This document shows, piece after piece, positions 48,525-57,080 of a stretch of DNA of 64,000 nt. The first letter of the stretch is position 1; every line of letters starts with the position of its first letter. This stretch comes from Rhodospirillaceae bacterium UBA3470. Lineage in GTDB: Bacteria; Pseudomonadota; Alphaproteobacteria; Rhodospirillales; Casp-alpha2. The stretch covers positions 420 through 64,419 of the forward strand of contig DFRF01000041.1 in assembly GCA_002378125.1 (NCBI GenBank), read 5' to 3'. The translations under genes and the position numbers were made by a program. The notes under the pieces are model-generated. The model had not been told where the DNA came from. It searched no databases and worked only from the letters and a program-made list of their open reading frames with translations.

Positions 48525-49286
48525 TCAGTCGCGGAAACTGGGGTCGATGCCGTCCAGCATCCTGAGCTCGGCAGCCCAGGCAGTTTCGTTCAAGCCGCGG
48601 ATATTGTCGAACTGGCGCGCGGCGTGCTCACAGGTCTTCGGCGACGGCACCATCAGCGCGCTGCCTCCCGCCTGGGCCATCACCTGAATCTCGCAAGCCT
48701 CATGCAGGCGCCGCATAGTGCCGAAGGCCTGAGCCACGGTATCGCCAACGGATAAGAGACCGTGGTTCCGCATGATCATAGCCTTGTGCAATCCCAAGTT
48801 TTTGGCCATCCGATCGCGTTCCTCGAGGTTGTCGGCGATCCCTTCGTAATCGTGATAGCCAAGCCGGTTATAGAACTCCATGGACTTTTGATTGAGCATT
48901 AGAAGCCCCAGTTCCTGCGCCCCCACAGCGCAGCCGGCTTTCGTATGGGTGTGCATGACACAATGGGCGTCATCGCGACCCAGATGTATGGCGGAATGAA
49001 CGATGAAACCAGCCTGCAGAATCGGATAGGGGCTATCCATCACCTTATTGCCTTCGCGGTCGATCTTCACCAAGCTAGAGGCGGTGACTTCGTTGAATTT
49101 CAACCCAAAAGGATTGATCAGGAAATGTTCCGTATCGGGAACGCGGGCCGTGTTGTGAGTGAACACCCAGTCATCCCAGCCGTAATGCGCCAACAGGCGG
49201 TAGCAAGCGGCCAAATCTTCCCGCTGCTGCCACTCCGCGTCGCTGACCATATCTCGGACCCTGATTTTTGTTGCCGCCTCGGCCAT
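48525..49286 (-). CDS. class II aldolase/adducin family protein
   Basis: 253 aa with typical His-rich metal sites (HSAIH, VMHTHT). It lies 31 nt upstream of the GGT-like gene. Confidence 0.85.
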   Translation of the reverse strand: MAEAATKIRVRDMVSDAEWQQREDLAACYRLLAHYGWDDWVFTHNTARVPDTEHFLINPFGLKFNEVTASSLVKIDREGNKVMDSPYPILQAGFIVHSAIHLGRDDAHCVMHTHTKAGCAVGAQELGLLMLNQKSMEFYNRLGYHDYEGIADNLEERDRMAKNLGLHKAMIMRNHGLLSVGDTVAQAFGTMRRLHEACEIQVMAQAGGSALMVPSPKTCEHAARQFDNIRGLNETAWAAELRMLDGIDPSFRD

Positions 49287-49374
49287 GTCACTTTACCCTC
49301 TTTGATGCGCCGCGATTTTGCCCAATGGCGCCATGGCGCGCAAGGTACAGGCATTCCATTCCCGATGAATTTCG

Positions 49375-50919
49375 ATGATGGTTAAACCGCCATTGATGGA
49401 TCGCCTCTACCGCAACGCCGTCGCCTCACATAAAGCCGGCGATCTGAAGGCGGCTGCCCAGGGCTATAGCGCCGCCTTGGAGCTGGACCCTAACCATTTG
49501 CCCGCACTCAACAACCTAGCCGCCACGAGAGCCGCGCTGGGGGACCCCGACACCGCCGTCGCACTCTATCGAGATGCCATCGCTCGCCATCCAAACGCAG
49601 CGGAACCACATGGCAACCTCGGCAATCTATTACGCAACATCAATGATCTGGAGGGCGCCGCCGAACACTATGTTGCCTGCCTTGAACGGGCACCGGGCGT
49701 AGCGGAGGTCCGCTACGCGCTCGGCGTCGTACTTCAGGCCCTGGACCGCACTGATGCCGCCGCGACACATCTTCGGCGCGCCGCCAGGGACCTGGGTCCG
49801 GACCCCCGCCCCTGGACCGCACTGGCCGCCTTGGCCCTCAAGCGAAACCAAACGGAAGACGCAGCGGCATACATCGCGAAGGCGTTGGCCGTGGCGCCTG
49901 AGAATGCGGATGCCCTAAACGTTGCGGGCCTCATTTCCCACGCTAGAGCGGACTTCGCCAGCGCGCGTGCGACCTTTGACAGGGTCCTCGCGGCGGACCC
50001 AAACCACGCAGAAGGCCATTACAACCGAGGTACACTACGCCTACTCCTGGGTGACTTGCCAGCCGGCTGGGCGGACTTTGAGTGGCGCTGGCGGAACCGT
50101 CCCCCGCTTTCAGGCGCGCCGGCGCATCTACCCCAGTGGCGCGGGGAAGACCTTCGTAAACAGACGCTGCTGTTACTCGGCGAACAAGGTTTTGGCGACA
50201 CGATCCAGTTCATCCGTTTCGCGCCCGTGTTACAGGCAAAGGGCGCACGCGTGATCGTACATTGCCGTCCGCCACTCCACCGCCTGATCGCTGAGGCGCC
50301 AGGGGTCGATGGGGTTGGCGATCCGGGGGATACTGTCAATGCCCAGGTTTGGACCCCCCTGATGAGCTTGCCGTTCCTCCTCGGGACAAGCGAAGCCGAC
50401 ATTCCCGCCAACGAGGGCTATTTGCGCCCGCCCCGGAGAACAGCGCGGGCGCAAGGCCTTCGTCGGGTCGGTCTGGTGTGGGCAGGCAGTCCGACACATG
50501 GCAACGACGCCGCCCGATCCATGTCCCTGGAGCATCTGGCCCCAATCCTGACCTGCAGCTCCTGCGTTTTCTATAGCCTACAAATGGGCGAACGCCGCGA
50601 CGACCTGAGCCGGCACGCCGGCGCCGGGAAGATCGTCGACGTCATGTCAGACGTGACCGATTTTCGTGACACGGCCGAACGATTGGGCGACCTCGATGCA
50701 CTTATCAGCGTCGATACAGCCGTCGCCCATCTGGCTGGCGCCATGGGTCTGCCCACGTTTGTCCTGCTCCCGCACACGCCAGACTGGCGATGGATGCTGT
50801 CGCGCTCGGATACACCCTGGTACCAGTCTGTGCGGCTATTCCGGCAAACCACCCCGGGAAATTGGCGCGAGCCCATAGGGGCCCTGCGCGAGGTCTTGTC
50901 GGCCCACGGCGAGCCTTAG
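49375..50919 (+). CDS. tetratricopeptide-repeat protein with C-terminal glycosyltransferase family 9-like domain
   Basis: The N-terminal 230 aa or so are TPR units (AAQGYSAALELDPNH, AVALYRDAIARHPN...). The C-terminal half resembles heptosyltransferase-like GT9 folds (LLLGEQGFGDTIQFIRF, VGLVWAGSPTH, ISVDTAVAHLAGAMGLPTFVLL). Confidence 0.75.
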   Translation: MMVKPPLMDRLYRNAVASHKAGDLKAAAQGYSAALELDPNHLPALNNLAATRAALGDPDTAVALYRDAIARHPNAAEPHGNLGNLLRNINDLEGAAEHYVACLERAPGVAEVRYALGVVLQALDRTDAAATHLRRAARDLGPDPRPWTALAALALKRNQTEDAAAYIAKALAVAPENADALNVAGLISHARADFASARATFDRVLAADPNHAEGHYNRGTLRLLLGDLPAGWADFEWRWRNRPPLSGAPAHLPQWRGEDLRKQTLLLLGEQGFGDTIQFIRFAPVLQAKGARVIVHCRPPLHRLIAEAPGVDGVGDPGDTVNAQVWTPLMSLPFLLGTSEADIPANEGYLRPPRRTARAQGLRRVGLVWAGSPTHGNDAARSMSLEHLAPILTCSSCVFYSLQMGERRDDLSRHAGAGKIVDVMSDVTDFRDTAERLGDLDALISVDTAVAHLAGAMGLPTFVLLPHTPDWRWMLSRSDTPWYQSVRLFRQTTPGNWREPIGALREVLSAHGEP

Positions 50920-51260
50920 GGAGACGGCGACAAGTTCAGCAAATTGGTCATACGTTGGCGGATGACCGCAAATCGCCAATCTGCGTCTTTTCGTCGTTCC
51001 ATTCGATGTCGCCGATCGACGGGAAGATGAAACTGTGGCGAACGCCGCCGGGGCGTTCCAGATCTCCGTTCTTCATCGTATGGCCTTTTCGCCAGAAAAT
51101 CGCCGTTGCGGCTAACCAAGTGCTTGAACATTCCACCAACTCCTATTTTCGGATCAACAAAAGCCGTAATTGTAGAATATTGACCAACAAGGCATTTCGT
51201 CAGTGACAAGCGTCACACTATAATGGTCCCGACGCCCTAAAATGATCAGACAGGAATTGG

Positions 51261-52247
51261 ATGCGCCATATGTCACAATTCTCCGCTCCCGGGATCGACC
51301 TTAAGTTACTGCCGGATCCGGCCGCCTATGATTTTGATCTGGAAAACGCCCTGAACGGCGTCGTCGCGCTGCAATCGCAGGTGCCAGACAGCGCCTACAC
51401 TGCGGGTATCCTTGGTACGGAACGAACCGGCCATGGCGTAGTGATCGACGAAGATGGACTGATCCTGACTATCGGCTACCTGGTCGTCGAGTCGGAAACC
51501 ATCTGGTTGATTGACCATTCGGGCGTGGCCGTTCCGGGCCACGTGGCCGGATACGACCACGAAACGGGTTTCGGCCTCGTGCAGGCCCTTGGCCGGCTGA
51601 ACGCCCCTCCCCTGCCTATCGGTTCCGCATCCCAGATCGCGGTCGGCGATTCCGTCGTTTTTGCCGGTCACGGCGGTCGGGCCAGCGCCATTGCTACCAA
51701 CGTCGAGGAAAAGCGCGAATTCGCGGGTTACTGGGAATACTTATTGGATGAGGCCCTGTTCACATCGCCGGCGCATCCATTCTGGGGTGGCGGCGCGCTG
51801 ATCGGCCCCGATGGCAGCTTGTGCGGTATCGGGTCCCTGTACGTACAGGAGAACCGGGCCAGCGGCCAAACTTATGACGGCAACATGATCGTGCCGATTG
51901 ATCTGCTGGGCCCCATCCTCAATGACCTTCGCCAGTTCGGCAGCCCACAGCGGGCCGCGCGGCCGTGGATCGGGGCGCTGACCGCGGAGTCGGATGGCCG
52001 GATTGTCGTTGTCGGCTTGTGGGACAATGGGCCGGCAGATTCAGCCGGACTAAAGCCCGGCGATCTGATCGTCGGCGTTGCCAAACAGTCCGTGTTGACG
52101 CTGCCCGAGTTGTTCCGCACAATGTGGTCACTCGGGAAAGCGGGTACGGAGGTGCCGCTCAACGTACTCAGGGCCGGCCAACTCATGGACATCATGATTC
52201 AGTCGGAAGACCGATCCACCTATTATCAGACGCCGCGGGTCCATTGA
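51261..52247 (+). CDS. S1C/PDZ protease homologue lacking the catalytic triad (predicted pseudoprotease)
   Basis: It is colinear with the 45585..46538 protease. However, TNAHV becomes TIGYL, TDLALL becomes TGFGLV, and NPGGSGGAL becomes HPFWGGGAL. The PDZ domain is retained (GLKPGDLIVGV). No signal peptide is present. Confidence 0.8.
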   Translation: MRHMSQFSAPGIDLKLLPDPAAYDFDLENALNGVVALQSQVPDSAYTAGILGTERTGHGVVIDEDGLILTIGYLVVESETIWLIDHSGVAVPGHVAGYDHETGFGLVQALGRLNAPPLPIGSASQIAVGDSVVFAGHGGRASAIATNVEEKREFAGYWEYLLDEALFTSPAHPFWGGGALIGPDGSLCGIGSLYVQENRASGQTYDGNMIVPIDLLGPILNDLRQFGSPQRAARPWIGALTAESDGRIVVVGLWDNGPADSAGLKPGDLIVGVAKQSVLTLPELFRTMWSLGKAGTEVPLNVLRAGQLMDIMIQSEDRSTYYQTPRVH

Positions 52248-52261
52248 CGGCGGCCGTCCGT

Positions 52262-52876
52262 ATGGGCTCGGCGTCTGCGGAAGCGCGTCCGGCGCAAGCT
52301 GTCTCCCGGGTACATCTACCCAATGCTAATGTCTTCTTGATTCACAGCGCGCTGGGCCAAGCCTGGGCCGACAATACCTACGCGACGCTGATGACAGACG
52401 TTTCTTGGCGCACCGCGTCTATTCAAATGTTTGGCCGACGGATTCCATCACCGCGGTTGACCGCATGGGTGGGGGACCACGCGTACACGTATTCCCACCT
52501 TACATGGCCGCCGGCGCCGTGGAGCACAACGATGCACGCCATCCGACAACGCGTTGAGGATTTGACCGGCACATCATTCAACGGGGTTCTCCTCAACCTT
52601 TACCGCGACGGGCGCGACAGCATGGGCTGGCACAGCGATGACGAACCGGAACTTGGCCGAAAACCTGTCATCGCATCACTTAGTCTAGGCGCGCCGCGCC
52701 GGTTTGTGTTTCGGGCGCTCAAAAATCATGCCCACAAATTCCGGCTCATCCTGAACCACGACAGTCTCCTAATCATGTCCGGCGAAACCCAGTCCCATTG
52801 GCAACATGCCCTACCAAAAACCACCAAACCAGTGGCGACGAGGATCAATCTGACATTTCGTTGGGTCTACGGATAG
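52262..52876 (+). CDS. alkB: alpha-ketoglutarate-dependent dioxygenase AlkB (DNA/RNA oxidative demethylase)
   Basis: ORF 51965..52876 trimmed to ATG 52262. The 2OG-Fe(II) motifs are present: WHSDDE, H in SGETQSHWQH, and RINLTFR. Confidence 0.88.
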   Translation: MGSASAEARPAQAVSRVHLPNANVFLIHSALGQAWADNTYATLMTDVSWRTASIQMFGRRIPSPRLTAWVGDHAYTYSHLTWPPAPWSTTMHAIRQRVEDLTGTSFNGVLLNLYRDGRDSMGWHSDDEPELGRKPVIASLSLGAPRRFVFRALKNHAHKFRLILNHDSLLIMSGETQSHWQHALPKTTKPVATRINLTFRWVYG

Positions 52877-52959
52877 AGCGAAACGCTATTTCTTGTATGA
52901 CCCAGACAGGCCATCCGGACAAATTTTGGAACCAGAGTACTTAGAAAAGTAAAATCCCA

Positions 52960-54099
52960 TCAAAGATTGCGCTCCGATAGCGCTTGATAGAGGCCCGCCA
53001 GGAGCCGCGTCCGGGGAACAATGGAGGAAACGCTCAGGTATTCAGTCTTGGTGTGGACACCGTCGCCGCACACACCCAAGCCGTCCAAGGTTGGGATGCC
53101 CATAGCACCGGTTATATTGCCGTCGCTACCACCGCCATACTGTCCTTCCCCTAATTCCAGCCCAACGTCTCGGGCAATACGCTGGGCAACATTGAGCAAG
53201 TCCCGAGTAGCGTCGTTTGCCTGAAACAAAGGCCGGATCGGTCCTTGTTCAACCACCAGCCGGACATTCCGGTCGGGAGAAATTAGGGCGCCCATGCGCC
53301 GCTGAATATCGTTGAAGGCTTCCGGTGTTGGCGCTATACACAATACTTCAGCGGAACAATGGGGTGTCACGACGTTGACAAAGGTTCCACCATGAACCTT
53401 CCCAACCCGGTAGGTCGTTTCCTGATCGATGTCGGAGTAGGCCTCAATCTGCGTAATTAGTTGTGCCATAACGGCAATGGCGCTGTGACCAGGCCCAACT
53501 GGCCGTCCTGCATGTGCAGGTTGACCGATGGTGCGCAGTTTATAGCGCAGTACGGAGTGACGACCGGTGACGAAGTTCTCCTTTCCTGGCTCTGGAACCA
53601 ACACATACCGATGGGCACGGGCCTCGGTCTCAATAAATGGGCGCGAGAACGGACTGCCAATCTCCTCATCAGGAATGAACATGAACGTCATTGGCCGGCG
53701 CGGCGTCACGCCCATTTTAAGCACATGGCGAAGTGCTTCGATAGCGATGTACATGCCACCCTTCATATCGAGCACGCCCGGACCATAGAGTCGATCGCCA
53801 TCACGGCTTACCGCTAGCTCCCCTTCTATCGTGCCGATATCATGCACCGTATCGAGATGACCGAGAACCAGAATGCCGGGCCCCTCTCCCCACGGGAAAT
53901 GGGCGCGAACAATATCGCCAAATTGTGTGCCCCCATCATAACGCGTGATGACGGCCCCCAACTCGCCCATAACCGCTGCTGCTTCATCCATCATGCGGTT
54001 CACGGCGTCCGTATCATAACTGGGGCTCTCCATAGAAGCCCACCGGGCAATACCTGAGGCAATGGCCTCGCCATCAAATTCTATGTCCGAAATTGACAT
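52960..54099 (-). CDS. M20 family metallopeptidase (glutamate carboxypeptidase-like)
   Basis: 379 aa with motifs LGHLDTV, GPGVLDMKGG and PDEEIGS. Confidence 0.85.
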   Translation of the reverse strand: MSISDIEFDGEAIASGIARWASMESPSYDTDAVNRMMDEAAAVMGELGAVITRYDGGTQFGDIVRAHFPWGEGPGILVLGHLDTVHDIGTIEGELAVSRDGDRLYGPGVLDMKGGMYIAIEALRHVLKMGVTPRRPMTFMFIPDEEIGSPFSRPFIETEARAHRYVLVPEPGKENFVTGRHSVLRYKLRTIGQPAHAGRPVGPGHSAIAVMAQLITQIEAYSDIDQETTYRVGKVHGGTFVNVVTPHCSAEVLCIAPTPEAFNDIQRRMGALISPDRNVRLVVEQGPIRPLFQANDATRDLLNVAQRIARDVGLELGEGQYGGGSDGNITGAMGIPTLDGLGVCGDGVHTKTEYLSVSSIVPRTRLLAGLYQALSERNL

Positions 54100-54106
54100 C
54101 GGGTAC

Positions 54107-56872
54107 TTATTCTGCCGCTACCGCAGACCCATCCACGGCAATAGCGTTCAGCAGGCTGGTGCGAATCGCGCTGATTTTGGTTTCACTCTCCATCTTCAGG
54201 CCAAACACATCTTTTACGTAAAAGACATCAACAACCCGCTCACCAAAGGTTGAGATGTGGGCGCTGGAAATCTGCAGCCCCCCGTCCGTCAGCGCTTGGG
54301 TCACGTCATACAGCAATCCCGGGCGGTCCCGACCGTTGATTTCGATGACCGTGAGAGTGTTCGACGCGTTGTTATCGATAAGTACGCGAGGCGGCACTGT
54401 GAACACTTCGGTCCGGCGGCGCATGGGACCGGCCGCACATTCGGCAAACTCCCGCGCCGGACGGACCTTCCCTTGGATGGCGTCGGCGATGCGCTTGCTG
54501 AGACGCTTCTGGTCCAACGACCGGGCCAACCCTCCCACATCGCCCAAAAGAATCGCGAAGGTGTCGAGGGCCATTCCGTTAGTAAGCGTGTTGATCTTAG
54601 CATCGACAATAGAGGCTTGGGACAGCGCCAGGGCACCGGCAATGTTGGCAAACAATCCGGGGTGGTCCGGCGCATAGACGGTGACCTCGCACACCCCCCG
54701 GTGAGGGTCGTCGCGAGCCTCGATAAGGAACGGTTCGTCCCGGGATTCAGCCGCGCGGATCACGTTCGCGTGCCGGACTAGGGTCTCCGTATTTACGCCC
54801 AGCCAATAAGCGGGCTGGCCCCGATCCAGGTGCGTTTCGATCTCGGCCCTAGGCCAATCCGCCAGACGGGCTCTCAGGTGGGCCTTGGCACGCTCAACCC
54901 GCTCCACCTGTCGCTCTTCGGGGGCGCCGCCACTCAAGACCTCCTGAGCCCGCCAGTAGAGTTCGCGCAGCAAACCAGCCTTCCAGTTATTCCAGACATT
55001 CGGTCCGACAGCCCGGATATCAGCGACCGTCAACACCAGCAACATGCGGAGCCGTTCCGGCGACTGCACCTGATCGCTGAAGTCAGCCACCGTCTTTGGG
55101 TCGTCGAGATCGCGCTTGAAGGCCAGATGGCTCATCAACAAGTGGTGTCGCACTAGCCAAGAGACTGTTTCCGTTTCCCAATCGCTGAGGCCCAGGCGCG
55201 GACAAAGTTTGTCGGCCACTTCGGCGCCCAGCACCGAGTGATCGCCACCACGGCCCTTGGCTATATCGTGCAGCAAAACAGCGACGAACAGCGCCCGGCG
55301 CGACTGCACTTCCTTGACCACGTCACAAGAGACCGGGTGCTCTTCCTTGAGGCGGCCCGTGCAGATACCGTCTAGGATGTCGATGGCCCGGATGGTGTGT
55401 TCGTCCACTGTGTAGACATGGTACATGTCGTATTGCATCTGCGCTACGACCCGTCCGAAGTCGGGAATGAACCGGCCGAACACCCCGGTCTCGTTCAGCC
55501 ACATGAGCGCCGTGCGCGGGTCCGGGCCAATCAGGATCTCCATGAACAGGCGGTTCGCCTCCGTGTTCTCGCGTAGGTCGCTGTCCACCAGCTTCAGGTT
55601 CTGCGACACCAGTCGCATGGCGCGGGGGTGAATATCCAGGTCATGATGCTGCGCCGCATGGAAGAGCTGCAGCATGCGGACCGGGTTTTTCTTCATGTCC
55701 TGGGGGCCATCAATGGTGATCCGTCCGCCCTCAATACGAAAGCCCTCGATCTCCTTCTTGCCGAAACGGATGCCGCTCAGCCATGAGGGCGCGCGGCGCT
55801 TCTTGTACTGCTCTTCCAGGACCGCGCACAGAACCCGCGTCAAATCACCGACGTCCTTTGCGGTCAGAAAGTAGTGTTTCATGAACCGTTCCACACCACG
55901 CGTGCCGGCGTGGTCCTTGTAGCCCATACGGCCGCCCAGTTCTTCCTGGACATTGAATGTCAGGCGCTCTTCCGGCCTAGCCGCCAAGTAATGCAGATGG
56001 CAGCGAACCGTCCAAAGAAAGTTTTCTGCCTTGGCAAAACTCTTTACGTCGGCTGCGGTCAGTACGCCGGCCTCCTCCAAGTCCTGGGCGCTAGCGGCTT
56101 GGTAGAGGTACTTAGCGATCCAAAACAAGGTTTGCAGATCGCGTAGGCCCCCCTTGCCCTCTTTCAAATTGGGCTCAAGGACGTATCGGGTGTCGCCCAT
56201 ACGCCTGTGGCGCTCATCGCGCTCAGCCAGCTTCTCCTCGACAAACTTTGGTCCGCTGCCGACCACCAGTTCCTCGCGAAATCGCGCCTGAAACTCGCGG
56301 AACAAGGCCTGGTTACCCCAGAGCCAGCGGGCGTCCAAAAGGCTGGTCCGAATGGTTAAATCGTCGCCTGCAAGCCGAATGGTTTCCTCAATAGAGCGCG
56401 TCGCATGGCCGACCTTGAGGCCCAAGTCCCAGAGCGAATAGAGCGTGTATTCCACGACCTGTTCCGAATGTGGCGTCAGCTTGTACGGCAACAAAAACAT
56501 CAAATCGATGTCAGAGAACGGTGCCAACTCGCCGCGCCCATAGCCGCCCGTAGCGATCACCGCCATCTGCTCTCCAGTAGTTGGATTGGCGGCAGGGTAG
56601 ATGCTGCTCAAGGCAAATTCGTGGATCAGGCGCACTACCTGATCCATCAGATACGCGTTTGCATGCGTGGTCTCAGGGCCGCCAGCTTCGACGTCTTCAA
56701 AGCGGCGACGCACCTCCTCCCAGCCGGTTCGATAGGCACGCTTAAAGATTTCGAGGACCTGGCCTTGGGTCTTCGGCGTGTATCCAGACCACGCCACCAA
56801 TTCTTCCAACTCAGCTTTCAAGGCTTTGCGGTCAATGATCTGGCGGGGCTCTCGAACACTCTCTTGCGGCAT
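54107..56872 (-). CDS. glnD: [protein-PII] uridylyltransferase / uridylyl-removing enzyme
   Basis: ORF 54107..57010 trimmed to ATG 56872 (AGGAG upstream). It has a nucleotidyltransferase domain (GGYGRGELAPFSDIDLMFL), an HD domain (VLLHDIAKG) and two C-terminal ACT domains. Confidence 0.93.
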   Translation of the reverse strand: MPQESVREPRQIIDRKALKAELEELVAWSGYTPKTQGQVLEIFKRAYRTGWEEVRRRFEDVEAGGPETTHANAYLMDQVVRLIHEFALSSIYPAANPTTGEQMAVIATGGYGRGELAPFSDIDLMFLLPYKLTPHSEQVVEYTLYSLWDLGLKVGHATRSIEETIRLAGDDLTIRTSLLDARWLWGNQALFREFQARFREELVVGSGPKFVEEKLAERDERHRRMGDTRYVLEPNLKEGKGGLRDLQTLFWIAKYLYQAASAQDLEEAGVLTAADVKSFAKAENFLWTVRCHLHYLAARPEERLTFNVQEELGGRMGYKDHAGTRGVERFMKHYFLTAKDVGDLTRVLCAVLEEQYKKRRAPSWLSGIRFGKKEIEGFRIEGGRITIDGPQDMKKNPVRMLQLFHAAQHHDLDIHPRAMRLVSQNLKLVDSDLRENTEANRLFMEILIGPDPRTALMWLNETGVFGRFIPDFGRVVAQMQYDMYHVYTVDEHTIRAIDILDGICTGRLKEEHPVSCDVVKEVQSRRALFVAVLLHDIAKGRGGDHSVLGAEVADKLCPRLGLSDWETETVSWLVRHHLLMSHLAFKRDLDDPKTVADFSDQVQSPERLRMLLVLTVADIRAVGPNVWNNWKAGLLRELYWRAQEVLSGGAPEERQVERVERAKAHLRARLADWPRAEIETHLDRGQPAYWLGVNTETLVRHANVIRAAESRDEPFLIEARDDPHRGVCEVTVYAPDHPGLFANIAGALALSQASIVDAKINTLTNGMALDTFAILLGDVGGLARSLDQKRLSKRIADAIQGKVRPAREFAECAAGPMRRRTEVFTVPPRVLIDNNASNTLTVIEINGRDRPGLLYDVTQALTDGGLQISSAHISTFGERVVDVFYVKDVFGLKMESETKISAIRTSLLNAIAVDGSAVAAE

Positions 56873-57080
56873 GGCGGGCCGATCTCCTGAGGTAGAGAAA
56901 CTATAGTTCGTCAGGGCCGCCAAGCAAAGGTGAAACGAATCTTCAACAAACGTTTTGGTTACATCACAAATGCGCCTTACATCCTTGGCGCATCTAATTG
57001 ATATAACCATCCCAATGAAACTTAAATAGATCGTCGGGTTGAGCCTGTTTTTGCCGACAATCGGAATTACTTAATTAAGA

